From: Adineta vaga
Taxonomy: Eukaryota; Animalia; Rotifera
Length of the DNA stretch: 64,000 nucleotides
Direction: 5' to 3'
Assembly: GCA_021613535.1 (NCBI GenBank)
Contig: CP075493.1
Location: 8,184,001-8,248,000, forward strand
Position 1 is the first letter of the stretch. Each line of letters opens with the position of its first letter. Shown here one piece after another: positions 13,614 through 26,936 of the stretch. Below the pieces are notes generated by a model. It ran no database searches. It was not told the DNA's origin and worked only from the letters and a program-made list of their open reading frames with translations. The position numbers and the translations under genes are program-made.

Positions 13614-14764
13614 TAGTTGTTCATGTCTTTTTTTCCCTTTGTTTGTTCAGTTGAACAGTTGTTTCTCTTGTTTATTATATAAATAATTGAAAACAAACTA
13701 GATGTAAATAATAAATAACATGTTGATTGACTTCATAGAAGATAAAAACATGTTTTTTTTCTATCAAAATTAATTTCCTTTTTTTTGTGTACGTACATTT
13801 AGTTGGTTATTATGAGTAAACTGATTTTAAATGTAATAAAGATTATTGATTCATTCCAATTTGTCGAAAGGAGAATTTTCATAATATTAATTACTGTATG
13901 AACGCATCCTTTCTAAACCTTCATTAAATACCATCGATATTTATGCGATGAATTACACCAGTTAGATTCTTATCTGTTAATAGATTCTGTATTATTATTC
14001 TTAATAACAAAATATCCTTCGCACATGTTGTCACTAGAACATAGTAGACATCTTCATGGCTATATAAAAAATTAGTATATCAGATAACTAACCAAAGTAT
14101 TTGATAGTATTGATTTTTCGATTATGTGTTACACGATATTTTCTTTTCTTCATCTTGAAAAACAAATAAACAATGCGTAAACATCGTTCGTTATTACTTC
14201 AGTTAGAAAAGTGATCACATATGTTCTTAAAAGCTCTTTTTTCAATAAACATAGATTATCGCTATTATTTTCTATTAATTAACAGCATGTGAATTTTCAA
14301 AAACAGCATTTAAGTATACCAACATCGTCTTTTATCACTAATGCTAACTATTGCATTGTGAATGTTTAAATATGATTAACGAAAAAAAATTTCTTTTCTT
14401 TCGCGTGCGCGCGAGAGAGAGAAAGACAGATCTTTACATTCGATTTAATTCAACGTAAATACATTAGCTTTTCGTATGTTTAATTAATTCACGATCGAAT
14501 CGTTAGATATTTATTCTTGATGTCAACAAAGAAAAGATAGATAGATAGAAGAAAATTAAGCTTACAACGGACGACCATAAATATCTATATGCATTTTTTT
14601 CTCTTGTATTTGTTGTTCTATTTGTATATCTCTCGGTGAAAGCGAAAGTACACTATAGTTGATTACCAAAGTAGTAGACTTCATTTCATTGTTACGAATA
14701 ATAAATAAGATACAACTATCTACTTATTCTTCATTGTAAAACATTCATTTTGTTCAACTAAAGA

Positions 14765-15309
14765 ATGGATCTACGACGTACAATTATAATTCTAATGGCA
14801 CTAGCTTGTGTCATTACAGTTATTGGTGTTATACATTGTCATGTTAATCATCCACTTAATCAAACTTTAACTGTTTATCGAATGAGTTATTCGATTATAT
14901 TTCCTATATGTAAGTGAAATCAGTAATAAATTTTATGGAAATCTTATTTTCTTATATATAGTGTTAAGTTTAACTGGATTTCTTTTAATCGAACAATTAA
15001 TGATAACAGACGGAACAGTTGCTCCACTTAATCGTCTTCGAACAATCTATGCATTTGCTGCTGCTATTGCATTATTTGTTTTTGGTGTCGGAGCGGCTAT
15101 TATAGCTAGTCGATGGTATAGTTCTTCACCATATGATGCCTATCATCACAGTAAGATTTTCTTTTATATATATTTCATATGAGATTAATCTAAGTTACAT
15201 ATATCTGTTCATAGGTGCTGTTATTGCTTCAGTGATTGCTTTTGTTGGTATGACAATTTATATCGCCGAAGCATTGGCACGAAATCGTAAGAGCGTATCA
15301 TTTAGATAA
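14765..15309 (+). CDS. Small four-transmembrane protein (MARVEL-like topology)
   Basis: Three exons joined in frame across introns of about 53 and 62 bp, giving four hydrophobic segments. Ends AEALARNRKSVSFR*. Confidence 0.65.
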
Positions 15310-16164
15310 TGAATTAATAATAATCAAATTCAACGAACTATTTATCTATAGTAAATAAACATGGTTATTCTTATTTTCTTGCTTTCTAATTCTATCATTT
15401 ACTGTGTTTGTTTATTAGCATATTTATTTTATTGTTCGTTGTTTGTTTCTATCAATAAAGAGAAAATTTACAAGCGTTTGTCTTTGTACTCGAGAAAAAA
15501 TGGTACATACAATGCATCTATTTCAATTGATCCAAGAGAAAAACAAAATTACACATATGAAAATAGCATTTCACAAATCACTTATTCTCAAAACGTCACG
15601 ATGAAATGAAAGAGAATCTCTAATCTTTCATTTATGTCACTAAACCTTCTTATCCTATGACATTAATTCCTATACAACAACAACATCATTTGATGTCTAA
15701 TAACAAGCAAGTATATAATCCGCAATCATCATCAGAATGTTATCTTATCTTACATCATTCTTCCTAAGTCAACATAGATCCTACTCACTTGACATGATTT
15801 GAGCAGAACATATTCAATCTATTGATTAAATAAATTACCATGTTATTTAATGAACATTTCGAAATATCACGAATCATTTATATTGAATAGTTTTCTTTTT
15901 TGTTTTTCATATATAAGTTCGAACAAGAAGATAATCAAAACAAAAATGTTGCTAAAAAAAGACCATCGAATACACACACATACACATACACATATAAATT
16001 GTTCGATGTGTTTCTCTATATATACAATCTGACATCACCAGAAAAGAACTCTTGCACGAACATGTTTTGTTTGTATTTGAACAATGGAATACGCTCATAA
16101 GCTCTTTGACTAGAGTTGATTACATATAAGGTTTGAACTCGTTGAAAAATCACTGTTTCATTAT

Positions 16165-19100
16165 TTAGACGAGATAACCTTCGCTAGTTAATAATGAATT
16201 TGAAGAGATCAATACAAGTTGAGATCGTACATGAGTTAGACTATCTGTAAGACGATTTTGTTCGTCGATTGTCATTTGATTACCAAGAATTTCCTTTAAA
16301 TCCAATACAGTAAAATGACATATCTGAGAAAGATTTGTATAATTATGATTGCGAAATAAATATAATAAACGATCAAGTTGAAGATTATGAAGCCAATCAG
16401 CAATGGATGTTAATTGTGCAAGATTTGGTTCATCTGGATGATTAACAAATACGAATCTTAAATAGAAAAAACATGATTAGATAATGTTGATAGTGACGTA
16501 ATTTTTTCATCAAGGCTGTCTCGGAAATCTATCGTGCGTGTTAATTATCAATATAAATAAATCAAGAGTTGTTCATTTCCGTTAATCAAACTCGTTATAA
16601 TCAATGAAAAGAAATCACTTGAGATGTTCAAAATTACGTGAAACAACGATTTCTTACTTTTGTTTTGCTAATGGAACTAATATATTCGATGTTTGAATAA
16701 ATTGTGTTAATTGTTGAACAATTTCACAAAATTTTGGTCGTTGTAAATAATTATCATTCCAACATGCTAACATCAATTGATAAAGTGCATCCGAACAACC
16801 CTAGAAAATGAACATATTAAAAAGATTTTCTTTGTTTGACTTTTTTATTCAAACCATAGGTGGCGGAAGACGATAAGCATTTTTAATAGTTTTAATCACA
16901 TCTTGATTTGACCAATTCCAATACGGTCGTTCACCAAATGAAACAACTTCCCAACATAGAACACCAAAACTCCAAACATCAGATGCTGATGTAAATTTTC
17001 GATAATCAATTGCTTCAATAGCTGTCCAACGTATTGGAATTTTTCCACCTTTCGTTGTATAACTTTCTCCTTCGTCGATTTCTCGACTTAAACCAAAATC
17101 AGCTACTTTACATATGAGATCTTTATTTACAAGAATATTTCGTGCTGCTAAATCCTATAGGTAAAAAGACAACAGTTAAAAATTAAATGCATTTTTTTTC
17201 AATTTACTCGATGGACATATTTCATTTCAGATAAGTATGTCATTCCGGAAGCAATACCACGTAACATACGTGTTAATTGTAATGTATCAAGACATTTATT
17301 TCCTTCATTCGTCTGAAAGAATTTTTTATACATCTTCTTAAATTTCAATTCTTTTTTGTTCATAACTTACTCGAAGGTATGCATCTAATGATCCATTTTC
17401 CATATATTCAGTTATAATCATAATTGGATGATGCTTAGTAACGACACCTTCGAGAAAGATGACATTTTCATTATTAAATTGACCCATAATACTCGCTTCC
17501 GATAAGAAATCTAGACGCGTTTTTTCTGTTGCACCTGCTTTTAATGTTTTAATTGCAACTGGAATATCTTTCATCAGATTGACTTTCCGTAATTTGCCTC
17601 GGCAGACATCACCGAATTCGCCTTTCATAAAGAGAAAAAAAAGAAAATTGATGATGATATACACATGCAAGATGATCTACGATGTGATGATACTCTCACG
17701 ACAGACGATCAAGTAAAAAAAGAAGCGAAGGAAATTATATAATAGAATGTAATTTAAACTGATATATACCTCCACCAATGACAGATTCGATAACAATTGA
17801 ATTCGGATCAAGTTCATGTGCGAAATCATTCACAGCTTTTGTTGGATCTTCATACTGGAAAAAAAAGAAAGGAAGATGAGAGAAGTTTCTATGGTATTAG
17901 AATACGAACTGTATGAGGATCAACATAAGTCTTTGTTGTTGTACTTATGGAAGGCCATAGTGGCGCCGACCCTGAAACATATTCAACCGAATAATAGAAA
18001 TAAGAGTCTTATTTAAAAAAAAACTATATATTTACATCCGGAATTAAAGAATGTATCAGGTCCATAATGACCACTGACTAGAAAAGAAGTCAATACTATA
18101 GATATGTAGGATACAATCATTGTTCTAACCTTGTCGTTTTTGATAATCTAATGATTCACAATCACTTGCTGTTTTCAATCGGCAAATTCGTCTTCTATTA
18201 TAAAATCGAATAATAATCTCTTTTTTTAAGTTCATAGATTTTTGTTCTTACTTTTTTATATACATAACTGCTAAAATAATCACTGTTATAATTAATCCAA
18301 GAATGATGAGAGGACTAATCAGAAGAATATTTTTATTTTCAACAAGTTTTCTTGTAACATCCGAAGAAAATGATTGATCAATAAATATTGAACGTAATGA
18401 AATAACCATTTCTTCTGTATAACTAGTCCAACCAAGTTTTGTATGAGCACGTATTTGAAATTTATATATATCTGATGTTGTTGTTAAAGTAAAATTATTC
18501 ATTGGCAGTCGAACAAATATCTTATTATTTTCATCAATTAATGGCCAATAACGAATATGATATTGATCAAAATCATCAGGCGACCATGTAATAACAACTT
18601 GATCAAATGTAATACGACGAATTTGAACATTACGAATTTGTTTGGATACTAAACGAGAATATAGATCTGTTGATTTACGAAAATAAAATAGAATTCAATA
18701 AATACTTGATGGTTTCGTTGTAAATGCTAAATCAATCGATTGACTATAAAGATGTGTAGAAACTTGTTCGGCATAGATTTTTATTTTATATCTTGTATCG
18801 TCATCGAGACCGATAATTTTTACTCTAGAAAAAAGTATTTTTTGTTTCAAAACAAAAATCTACGAACATAAAATACATACTTTGAACCATTGATAAATGT
18901 TCGATTTGGTTGATAGATTATATATGATTCACACGATATTGAATGAGTACATTCAATATGATATACATTATCATTTAATTGTTTCCAAGATATATGAACT
19001 GAAACTTGATCGATATCATCAATCGTTACATTTTCTGGTTCATTTGGTCCACCTAGAGAAATAGACTCTCGAATATCCTATTAATATATAACTATCATTT

Positions 19101-20583
19101 ACCAATACACGATGAATTGAACATAGATGCATTCAAACGAAAGAAACCATGATTACAAAAACAATAAGTTGAACCTTTATCTTTCGTATGACTATTTAAT
19201 GGACATTGTTCACAATGTTGATCATTACTAATCGTTGATTTAAATGTTCCATTGGGACAAACTAGAAGAAAATTTGAACAGATTCTAATGAGATATGATT
19301 AAGTTAATGTAGTAGAAAGGATTGATCGAGATGAAAAGGTATGCGACACATTGAATGATTTATTTTCATTCTTCTGTGAAATGAACAAGAAGATCGTCAA
19401 AGTTAATTATAAGAATTGAAAAGTACAATGACATGCATTGTAGTAGATAGCGTACAAGGTCATTTTCATACAATATTTGAGATGCTTCTCTCAAGGGTAG
19501 AAAAATCTTCTTCTTAACAAGTTCCAGCTAGTTATTATATGGAATAACTCAATCAAAAAAATCATCGGAACAAATTTCATTAGTTCTAATCGAACAGTTT
19601 CTTTACATACCCTTACAAATGGCACGAGACAAAAGACTATTATTTTTGGAATTATTATCAATCAGTAATTCATAACCCTGTTGACAATGGCAGCTATCAA
19701 GTAATGATGTTTCTTGAAATGTCCATTCACCATTGCCTTTACAAAAGCCTAAAGGTTTTCGTATCATTTTCGAATTAATCGAACATATTCCATCACGTTC
19801 AACAATATCAGTTAAATGTGCACCCGTTGGTATTTCAGGAAAATGTATGAGACCAATTGATTTTTCTTCACATAAACGATAGAATATTTTAACATATAAT
19901 AATGATATACAAGCACCTTGATCACGAAAAGCAATATAGAAACCATTTTTCGTTACCGATATTCCACGTGTCTTAACATTAACGGTAAGATTATTTTTAT
20001 TTCCTAATGATTGACTTCCATAATTATTCGATGTAAAACGATTTCCAGCAATAATATCAACCAATTTATATGATGACCATAGAGGATTTTCAGATTCATA
20101 AACATTTTCATGAATATACAGTTCAAATGTTTCTCGACATGAACGTATTTCATTAGGTGTTTGAAATGTTGAACAATCACGAATAGAAAATCCTAATTCA
20201 ATTTCAATACGTTGAGCTTGTTGACGTTTAAAATACGGTGAACGTAACCAATTATCAACTCGCCGTTCGGATGTTATATCACAGACATACTGTGTTCGCC
20301 ATAAGGTTGATGTTGAAGATGGTAATAGAAGTGTTGGAAACATTTTGGCTTCAAAACTTAATTCGCCCCAACCATCATTTAGATTTCCATTAGAAGATAT
20401 TTTATACCAATTTAAATAATCTCGAGCCTCACGTGTATCTAATATAACAACTATAAAACAAAAAGAAAAACATTTTACTAATCAGATAAAACGTTTTTCT
20501 TTCAAACATTTCTTACCTTCTTTAACTGCTTGAACAATTGGATAAATAGTAAAAAGAAAAATCAAGAAGAACTTATCAATCAT
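16165..20583 (-). CDS. Eph: Eph receptor tyrosine kinase
   Basis: About 15 exons. Signal peptide, then ephrin-binding domain ([30 protein letters not shown]), Cys-rich region, two FN3 domains and a TM segment. Juxtamembrane TYVDPHTYEDP; kinase motifs [39 protein letters not shown] domain and C-terminal PDZ-binding motif GYLV. Confidence 0.95.
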
Positions 20584-20946
20584 TGTCTATGATGAGAGAC
20601 TAGAATAAAAAGAAAATGATAACGTTCGTTATTTGTTCTTACACTACTGATTTTTTGAGCTTTCTCATTTCTTTTCTTCTTCTCCTTCTTCTCTCTATAC
20701 ACACTCGATGCCAGAGAATAGACATCATCATCATCATCATCAAATTTCCTTTCTTTCTCTTTCTCTCATAATACTATTCTACAAGATTGTATCTATAGAA
20801 ATAGAAGAAAGAAAAAAAAGAGGAAAGGACAGACAGAAGCTGACCGTCGGTCGAGTATACTCGAACATATATACATGCAGAGACACACTGATTCAAATGT
20901 CAAACGTATTTAAAATGATTTTCCTTTTAGAAGGAAAGAGGGAGCA

Positions 20947-20991
20947 AAGAAGAAGAAGAAGAAGAAGAAGAAGAAGATGATGATGATGATG
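20947..20991 (+). repeat. Compound microsatellite (AAG)n followed by (ATG)n
   Basis: Directly visible tandem trinucleotide repeats upstream of Eph. Confidence 0.9.
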
Positions 20992-23204
20992 GTGATGTGT
21001 TCACCTTTGATGTATATAAACTCTGTCACTGCTAACTGTTCTCTAAAAGAAATCCTATTGATGACGTATTGCACAATTTCAATAAAAAAAATAATGATGA
21101 CGTTTAGCGTAATTTTATTTTACACACTCGGCAAATCTCGAGGCCATTTACGCTCTTGCTCTCTCACTCTCTGCGGTTATCGATTAAGCTTGAGGCTGTC
21201 GACGATCATTTCTTATATAATTAATCTAGAGTCGATGATGAGAATTCCTTTGCGTTGTCTTTAGATCGTGATGATAGTTTGTTATTTTTCTCAAATATGT
21301 CAAATCTTCCAGTTGAAGAATTGTTCTTGCTTTGATTATCAACAACAATAAAGCAGTAACCGATTACGACATGATCAATCTCAAGAGAGAGAGAAGCAAT
21401 TTTTGATCTATACACAAATCAAGAGGATCAGTGAACTACACATGATCAGCAAGGAAATTCTCTATTCAATGCACTCGATTACTTTTTTTTGTGCAAGATA
21501 GATCACAATTACCTTCGTTTGGATCTGAGTGAACAAATGATTGTATAGTGTATGATTTCTAATTGTTGTTGATCGATGATGCTTACATAACTTTTTCTAC
21601 AAGATAGAATGATACAAGTACATCTGTTTCGATCAAGAAAAGAAGAAAAAAAATGTCTCTTTCACTTCATTCTTTTAACTTATATATACATGTATATGTT
21701 CATATAATATAATTATCTTGTTATGATGCTAACCGATTTATTCATTTAATGTTGTCGCACAAGCATCTGGTTCACTTACATGATACCAGCTATAAAACGG
21801 TTAATCTTTTAAATTAAAAGTGTGTGTGTGTGTGTATATATAAAAAACGAAGAATATTTCGATTATAATATGAATTCATTGTATCTGTACAAGGTCAAAG
21901 GATACAATCATAAAATGAATTATTTATCATGTAAGAGAGAGAGAGAAAGAAAAATCTATCTTTGAAAGTCAGGCATATTCGATGACATACTACATTTTCC
22001 TTCATTTCAAGTCACAATAGATTGAATGCAATGATGTGAAAGTGAAGTGTTCATGCATAGAATGTAAGCCGGATGTTAATCAATTGAAGCAACTATCATT
22101 GAGTTTAGATTTCTATTTAGACATTTGATGATAGACAGAGATGAGAATATTAAGTTTCATTCTTTTGCATTTTTTGTGTATACATATGTTCATTATCTTC
22201 TTCTCAATAGCGATACACCTTTAGTTATACATATAAAACAATGTGTCAAAATTACCATTTTGATTTGATCTAACTTGATTCGCTTTGATCTTATAGTTCG
22301 TTATTGATTCAGTTGAATTCATCATAAAAAAATACCTTGAGACCTATATATCGAACATGGATTTGTTGATATTCATATCAATCATAATATTACCTTGAAG
22401 ATTTACTTATATTGCCAATTCTACTATATCAGAAAGCGTAATTAGACTCCATTTGTATGATTATACAGATATACATACAAAGAGAATAGTATTCATTTAA
22501 CTGAGAATATTAATAATTGATATATGAGTAAGAGAAGAAAAGTGAAAGGAGAATAGTGATGCTAAACGTCATCCATTGAATGTTTAGAGTATGTAGGAAA
22601 AGAATTTGAGAGTCTTTTCAATAGAATCTTATTCAATTTCGCGTCTGGCTGCTTGGATTAATCAAATAAAAGCAAGACAAGAAAAGCAAACATTGTTGTA
22701 TTCTGATTCGAAATAAGCCTCTTCAACCATCGACAATGACAAACTAGATGAAAAGATAACAAAAATAGTTTCGATTGCTTGCTTGCTTACAATTCTTTTC
22801 TCTCATCATTGTTGTTTTCTTTTTTTCGAGATATCAAAACGGACAGACAGGCAGACAGACATACTTATCATGACAACCGTGTATGTATACATGATGAAAT
22901 ATGTATATATGATTAGATGAAAAATTTTTCGATTTTATATGCATTATAATACTGAGATATGTCGTTGAGAAGAATAGTTATTTTTAGTCAAGATAAATAT
23001 TCTTATGATTTTTATTACTTTATTAGAAATGACTGGAGGCATTTCATTTCCTCTATAAAGCTAATAATAGTAAATATGAAGAGACTGTTTCATTGGATGA
23101 AATATATGTTGCATACGAGAAACAAAAATACGACAAAATCTATTAATCGATCTTTTGTATTATTTTTATTTATATTTTTATAAAACACAAGCAGAAAAAT
23201 ATCT

Positions 23205-23711
23205 TTAAAAGTCTTGTTCTTTTGAAATTAAGACAGACTTCGAAGGACTGAAAGGCTTTGTTTCTAAATTGGGTACCGATTTTAAAAGTTGTTGAAGTGA
23301 CCATCGTAGATTAGGTGGATCAAAATAAGGAATAGTTTTATGTTGAATAGGTCCAGTTGGTTGCCAAATAGGTTCATGAATCGATTGTTGCCATCGTTTT
23401 TCTGGACTTAGTGATGTTGGTCGTTTATCTCTATATGGACTTACTGGATACCAGATAGGTTCAGGTGGTGTTGGTTTCCTATCTTTATATTGTTTAAGTG
23501 AATAAGTAGGTATAGAATATTTTCGTTTGTATGCATAAAACCATGGATCAGCACCAGGAATAGGAGCAATCGAACGAGCATATTGTTGTAATGAAAGTGG
23601 TGGAGTTTGTTGTACATGAAAATTATAATTCATACAATTCTTTAGCGTATGACCATCTGAATGATATAGTTTAGCTTTTAAACTCGGTGAAAAACTTCTT
23701 CTAATTGCCAT
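23205..23711 (-). CDS. Intronless hypothetical protein, 168 aa, with repeated EPIWxP motif
   Basis: Open ORF with coding-like composition. TATA-like TATATAAA lies about 30 bp upstream on the minus strand. Motifs EPIWYPVSP and EPIWQPTGP. Confidence 0.65.
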   Translation of the reverse strand: MAIRRSFSPSLKAKLYHSDGHTLKNCMNYNFHVQQTPPLSLQQYARSIAPIPGADPWFYAYKRKYSIPTYSLKQYKDRKPTPPEPIWYPVSPYRDKRPTSLSPEKRWQQSIHEPIWQPTGPIQHKTIPYFDPPNLRWSLQQLLKSVPNLETKPFSPSKSVLISKEQDF

Positions 23712-24175
23712 TGGAATCCTTTCAATATCGTTTCAATTGCTTTATATACGTTGAAAATGTTCTTTACTCTGATTAGTTGTATTATTATTATTGACATATT
23801 CATTGAAATCTATCTTCATTCAATAAAGAGAGAAAAAAAACAAAGAAATAAACTCTGGTTGCTTCCATGACATATCAAAACATTGCACATCTATGTGAAA
23901 GAAAGTATGCGGTTGTTAAGTAAGAACAAGAAATTTAAATCGATCGTGTTGTTTTACAATCAACATGATTCAAAAACAAAAAAGGAAAATATTTGGTGAA
24001 CTTAAACGAGTATATCTAGTAATTGAAGGACCAGTGGATTGAAAACAAACTTATTGATAATATTTTTGAAACTTTTTCATAATAAAAAATAAAAGAATAA
24101 GTACTCTTATATAACTTTACATGGCTCAGGAATGCTAGAAAAATATGTGTAGTCAGTTTAACGGAAGATAACAAT

Positions 24176-25813
24176 CTATGCAAATCGTGTTGACTTCTGA
24201 ACAGTATCATTTGGAGAGAAAACATTAGATGAATTCGAATGTGTATTTGCATTAGACGAATAGTTATTCGATGGTGTATTACGAAGAATTGACTTGGGTG
24301 TTGAGTTAGTTGGTTGAAACGAAGTTGGTAGTAATGATGGCGATGAAGATGATAAATTTAAATGATTATTATCAGTTCTAGATGGAGCAAAAGATGCAGA
24401 AGGAAATGTTGTAAAAGAATTGGTAGATGCTATCGAAGCTGCCGAGGCATAAGGACTTGGTCCAGATGTAAATGATGATTGTAATGATTGATTATTGCCG
24501 TATCGATTTGTAGTATTACTACCAAACGGTGTGATGTTTGCTGGTCGATATGGGCCAACACTGGATGGATTAGAAGGCGTACTATTCGTAGGACGATAAG
24601 TGGTATTATGAACTGATCTGGACGGTGTGAAAGTTGTTGTCTGATATGGGGCAATACTTGGTGTTTGATACGATCTATTATTTGATGGATTGACAGGTGA
24701 AATATTGATGGAAGAATTACGTTCTACATTTGATGCATTGTTTGATGGTATAGTCGTTGGTGGATTAGGTCGAGACATTGGTGATAATGTTGATTGATTA
24801 TTCGTAGGAAGAGTTGCTGTTGACGCCATCTGTTGTGTTCTTGGAAGACTCAAACGTTGAAAAAGTTCAAGAAATCGTTGTCTTGTTGCATTTGGACCTA
24901 CTGATGAAGACATAGGTGGTCGTCTAGATACTAAAGGTGCACTATTAATCAATGGAGTTGCACCAGTCGTCGGAATACTGCTAATGCCAATGCCGTTTGC
25001 TGGAGAATTTGCTTGAATGATTGATAGAGTTCCATCGACTGGATTAATTATTTCAACAGGAAACGTAATTGTATCGAGTTCTGTATTTGCATTAGCTTGA
25101 CTACCTGGAAGATGTATTGGTTCTAAATGCACTGTCTGTCTTGGTAAACTTCGAAGCATTTCTGGTGATAGGTTAGAAAGTACTGCTGATCTTGCTGGAA
25201 TAGCCGTCTGATTAGCTACTGGCAGACAGATATTCGGGATAGGATTAGCAACGAATGTAGTTTGCTGTGGTGGTTGAGGTGGATGATCATGACCATGGTC
25301 ATAGTCGTAACATGGAGAACGACGTCGACGAGAACGACGGCAACGCACACGTTCAAGTTCGAGTACTCGTGTTGGTGGTCCACGTAAACCGAGTGTAGGA
25401 CGGCAATCAAGTGGAACTGTTATTACATGACGTCGTCCAAACGATGAATGACGATGAGATCGACGTTCGACTACAATATCTGGTGTTAATGGTCTTCGTC
25501 TATGTCGTCGAATTCTTATGGGACGATTGTATGGTGCAGCATGTGAATGTCTCATTGGAGGTCGAATAATTGGAGACGTGGCAGGTAAACGAGGAAAAGG
25601 TGTTCTCATTGGCTGTTCACCCATCGGCGGAGCTCTAGTTGGTGATATACCAGGCGTTCGATGTGCAGATAATTGTGGTATAGATGTTCTTCTTGGAGGA
25701 CCTAGAGAACCTGGTACAGGCGGATTACGTGGCGGACCTCCAAGAAATGGTTCATAATCACCAGGCATTGATGAATCACCACCGGTGATTGGATTAGCTG
25801 CTGCTGATAGCAT
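24176..25813 (-). CDS. Intronless Pro/Ser/Arg-rich low-complexity protein, 545 aa
   Basis: A 1.6-kb uninterrupted ORF with raised GC in an AT-rich background. No recognisable domain. Confidence 0.75.
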   Translation of the reverse strand: MLSAAANPITGGDSSMPGDYEPFLGGPPRNPPVPGSLGPPRRTSIPQLSAHRTPGISPTRAPPMGEQPMRTPFPRLPATSPIIRPPMRHSHAAPYNRPIRIRRHRRRPLTPDIVVERRSHRHSSFGRRHVITVPLDCRPTLGLRGPPTRVLELERVRCRRSRRRRSPCYDYDHGHDHPPQPPQQTTFVANPIPNICLPVANQTAIPARSAVLSNLSPEMLRSLPRQTVHLEPIHLPGSQANANTELDTITFPVEIINPVDGTLSIIQANSPANGIGISSIPTTGATPLINSAPLVSRRPPMSSSVGPNATRQRFLELFQRLSLPRTQQMASTATLPTNNQSTLSPMSRPNPPTTIPSNNASNVERNSSINISPVNPSNNRSYQTPSIAPYQTTTFTPSRSVHNTTYRPTNSTPSNPSSVGPYRPANITPFGSNTTNRYGNNQSLQSSFTSGPSPYASAASIASTNSFTTFPSASFAPSRTDNNHLNLSSSSPSLLPTSFQPTNSTPKSILRNTPSNNYSSNANTHSNSSNVFSPNDTVQKSTRFA

Positions 25814-26936
25814 ATTCTCTTCGATCTACCGAATAATACTGAACATCATTTTTTCGTTTCAATATTTTTTCTTGTCTGTACTCATTGACGACACGCGTCA
25901 TTTCACCTACACGAGTAGATGCGTCAAGGTTCTAATTTTTTTTTCTTTTGTTTCTCCTAAACGAGAAAAAACCTTCAGTAGAGAAGGCAATGAAAAGTAT
26001 CTTCGTACTATAAACACATGATACTTGTCAAGAAATTCCTCTCACCAAAATAAGTATCTGGTAAACGAAATGAATGTATTAAATTATCTCATAATGTAAA
26101 AACATTGTGCGTAATTATTTACTGTCCAAAAATTTACATAGGAAAAATGTTAAATATGACATTTTTATATAATGAAAAAGAAAAAACATATGAATGATAC
26201 GGCGAATTTTAAAGAAAACCATCAAATCATTAAAATGCATGACAGACATATGGCATTGAAAATAATTCATCGATGATGTAAACCATGATGGATAAAATAG
26301 ATTAACATTAGACATGAACTCAGAGGTGGGTCAGAAAGAGCTGAACATCATCTAAAACAATATCAAGTCTAGCCTATTTTTCTGAAAAAGTGAGAAGAAC
26401 TATCTTGAATCATCCGATAGTATTATAGTGGTCTCTTTACCTTAGTTTCAAATATTTGTATTGTCATAATGGCCTCCTACAACAATGTTTTCATATTGTT
26501 TGAACTTTGATGTTTATATTGGATGAAATAAAAAATCTAAATTTTATGAATCGAGACGTGTCCGACAAAAGTTTCATCTTGAGAGTGTACATGTGATTGA
26601 AGATGATTAAAGTGGTGAAGGAGACTACACTCTCATCTTTAAAATACGTGCCACAAAAAGAATTGGGCGTCTACTGATGATCTTATATACAGTCTATGAC
26701 TTATAATAAGTCAAATGTTAAATATGAAAGAATCTTATCTCTAGATTTGATTCTATATTATATAAAAAATTACTTTTAGATTAGAAGTTCAGTATAAAAT
26801 AGCTGTGAAAACAAAGATCGATTCTTTATTTCTATTGTTACCGACTAATAGTCTACAAATCTATATTGAGACCAACTGAGATGGATGAATCAATCATTCT
26901 TGTATATTTTCTTCTTTCATTTAAATAGGTCACAGA

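Noticed and set aside
26580-26635. 10-bp inverted repeat tgagagtgta...tacactctca upstream of the ART pseudogene
   Set aside because: It is too short, has no target-site duplication or second copy in the window, and is compatible with chance.
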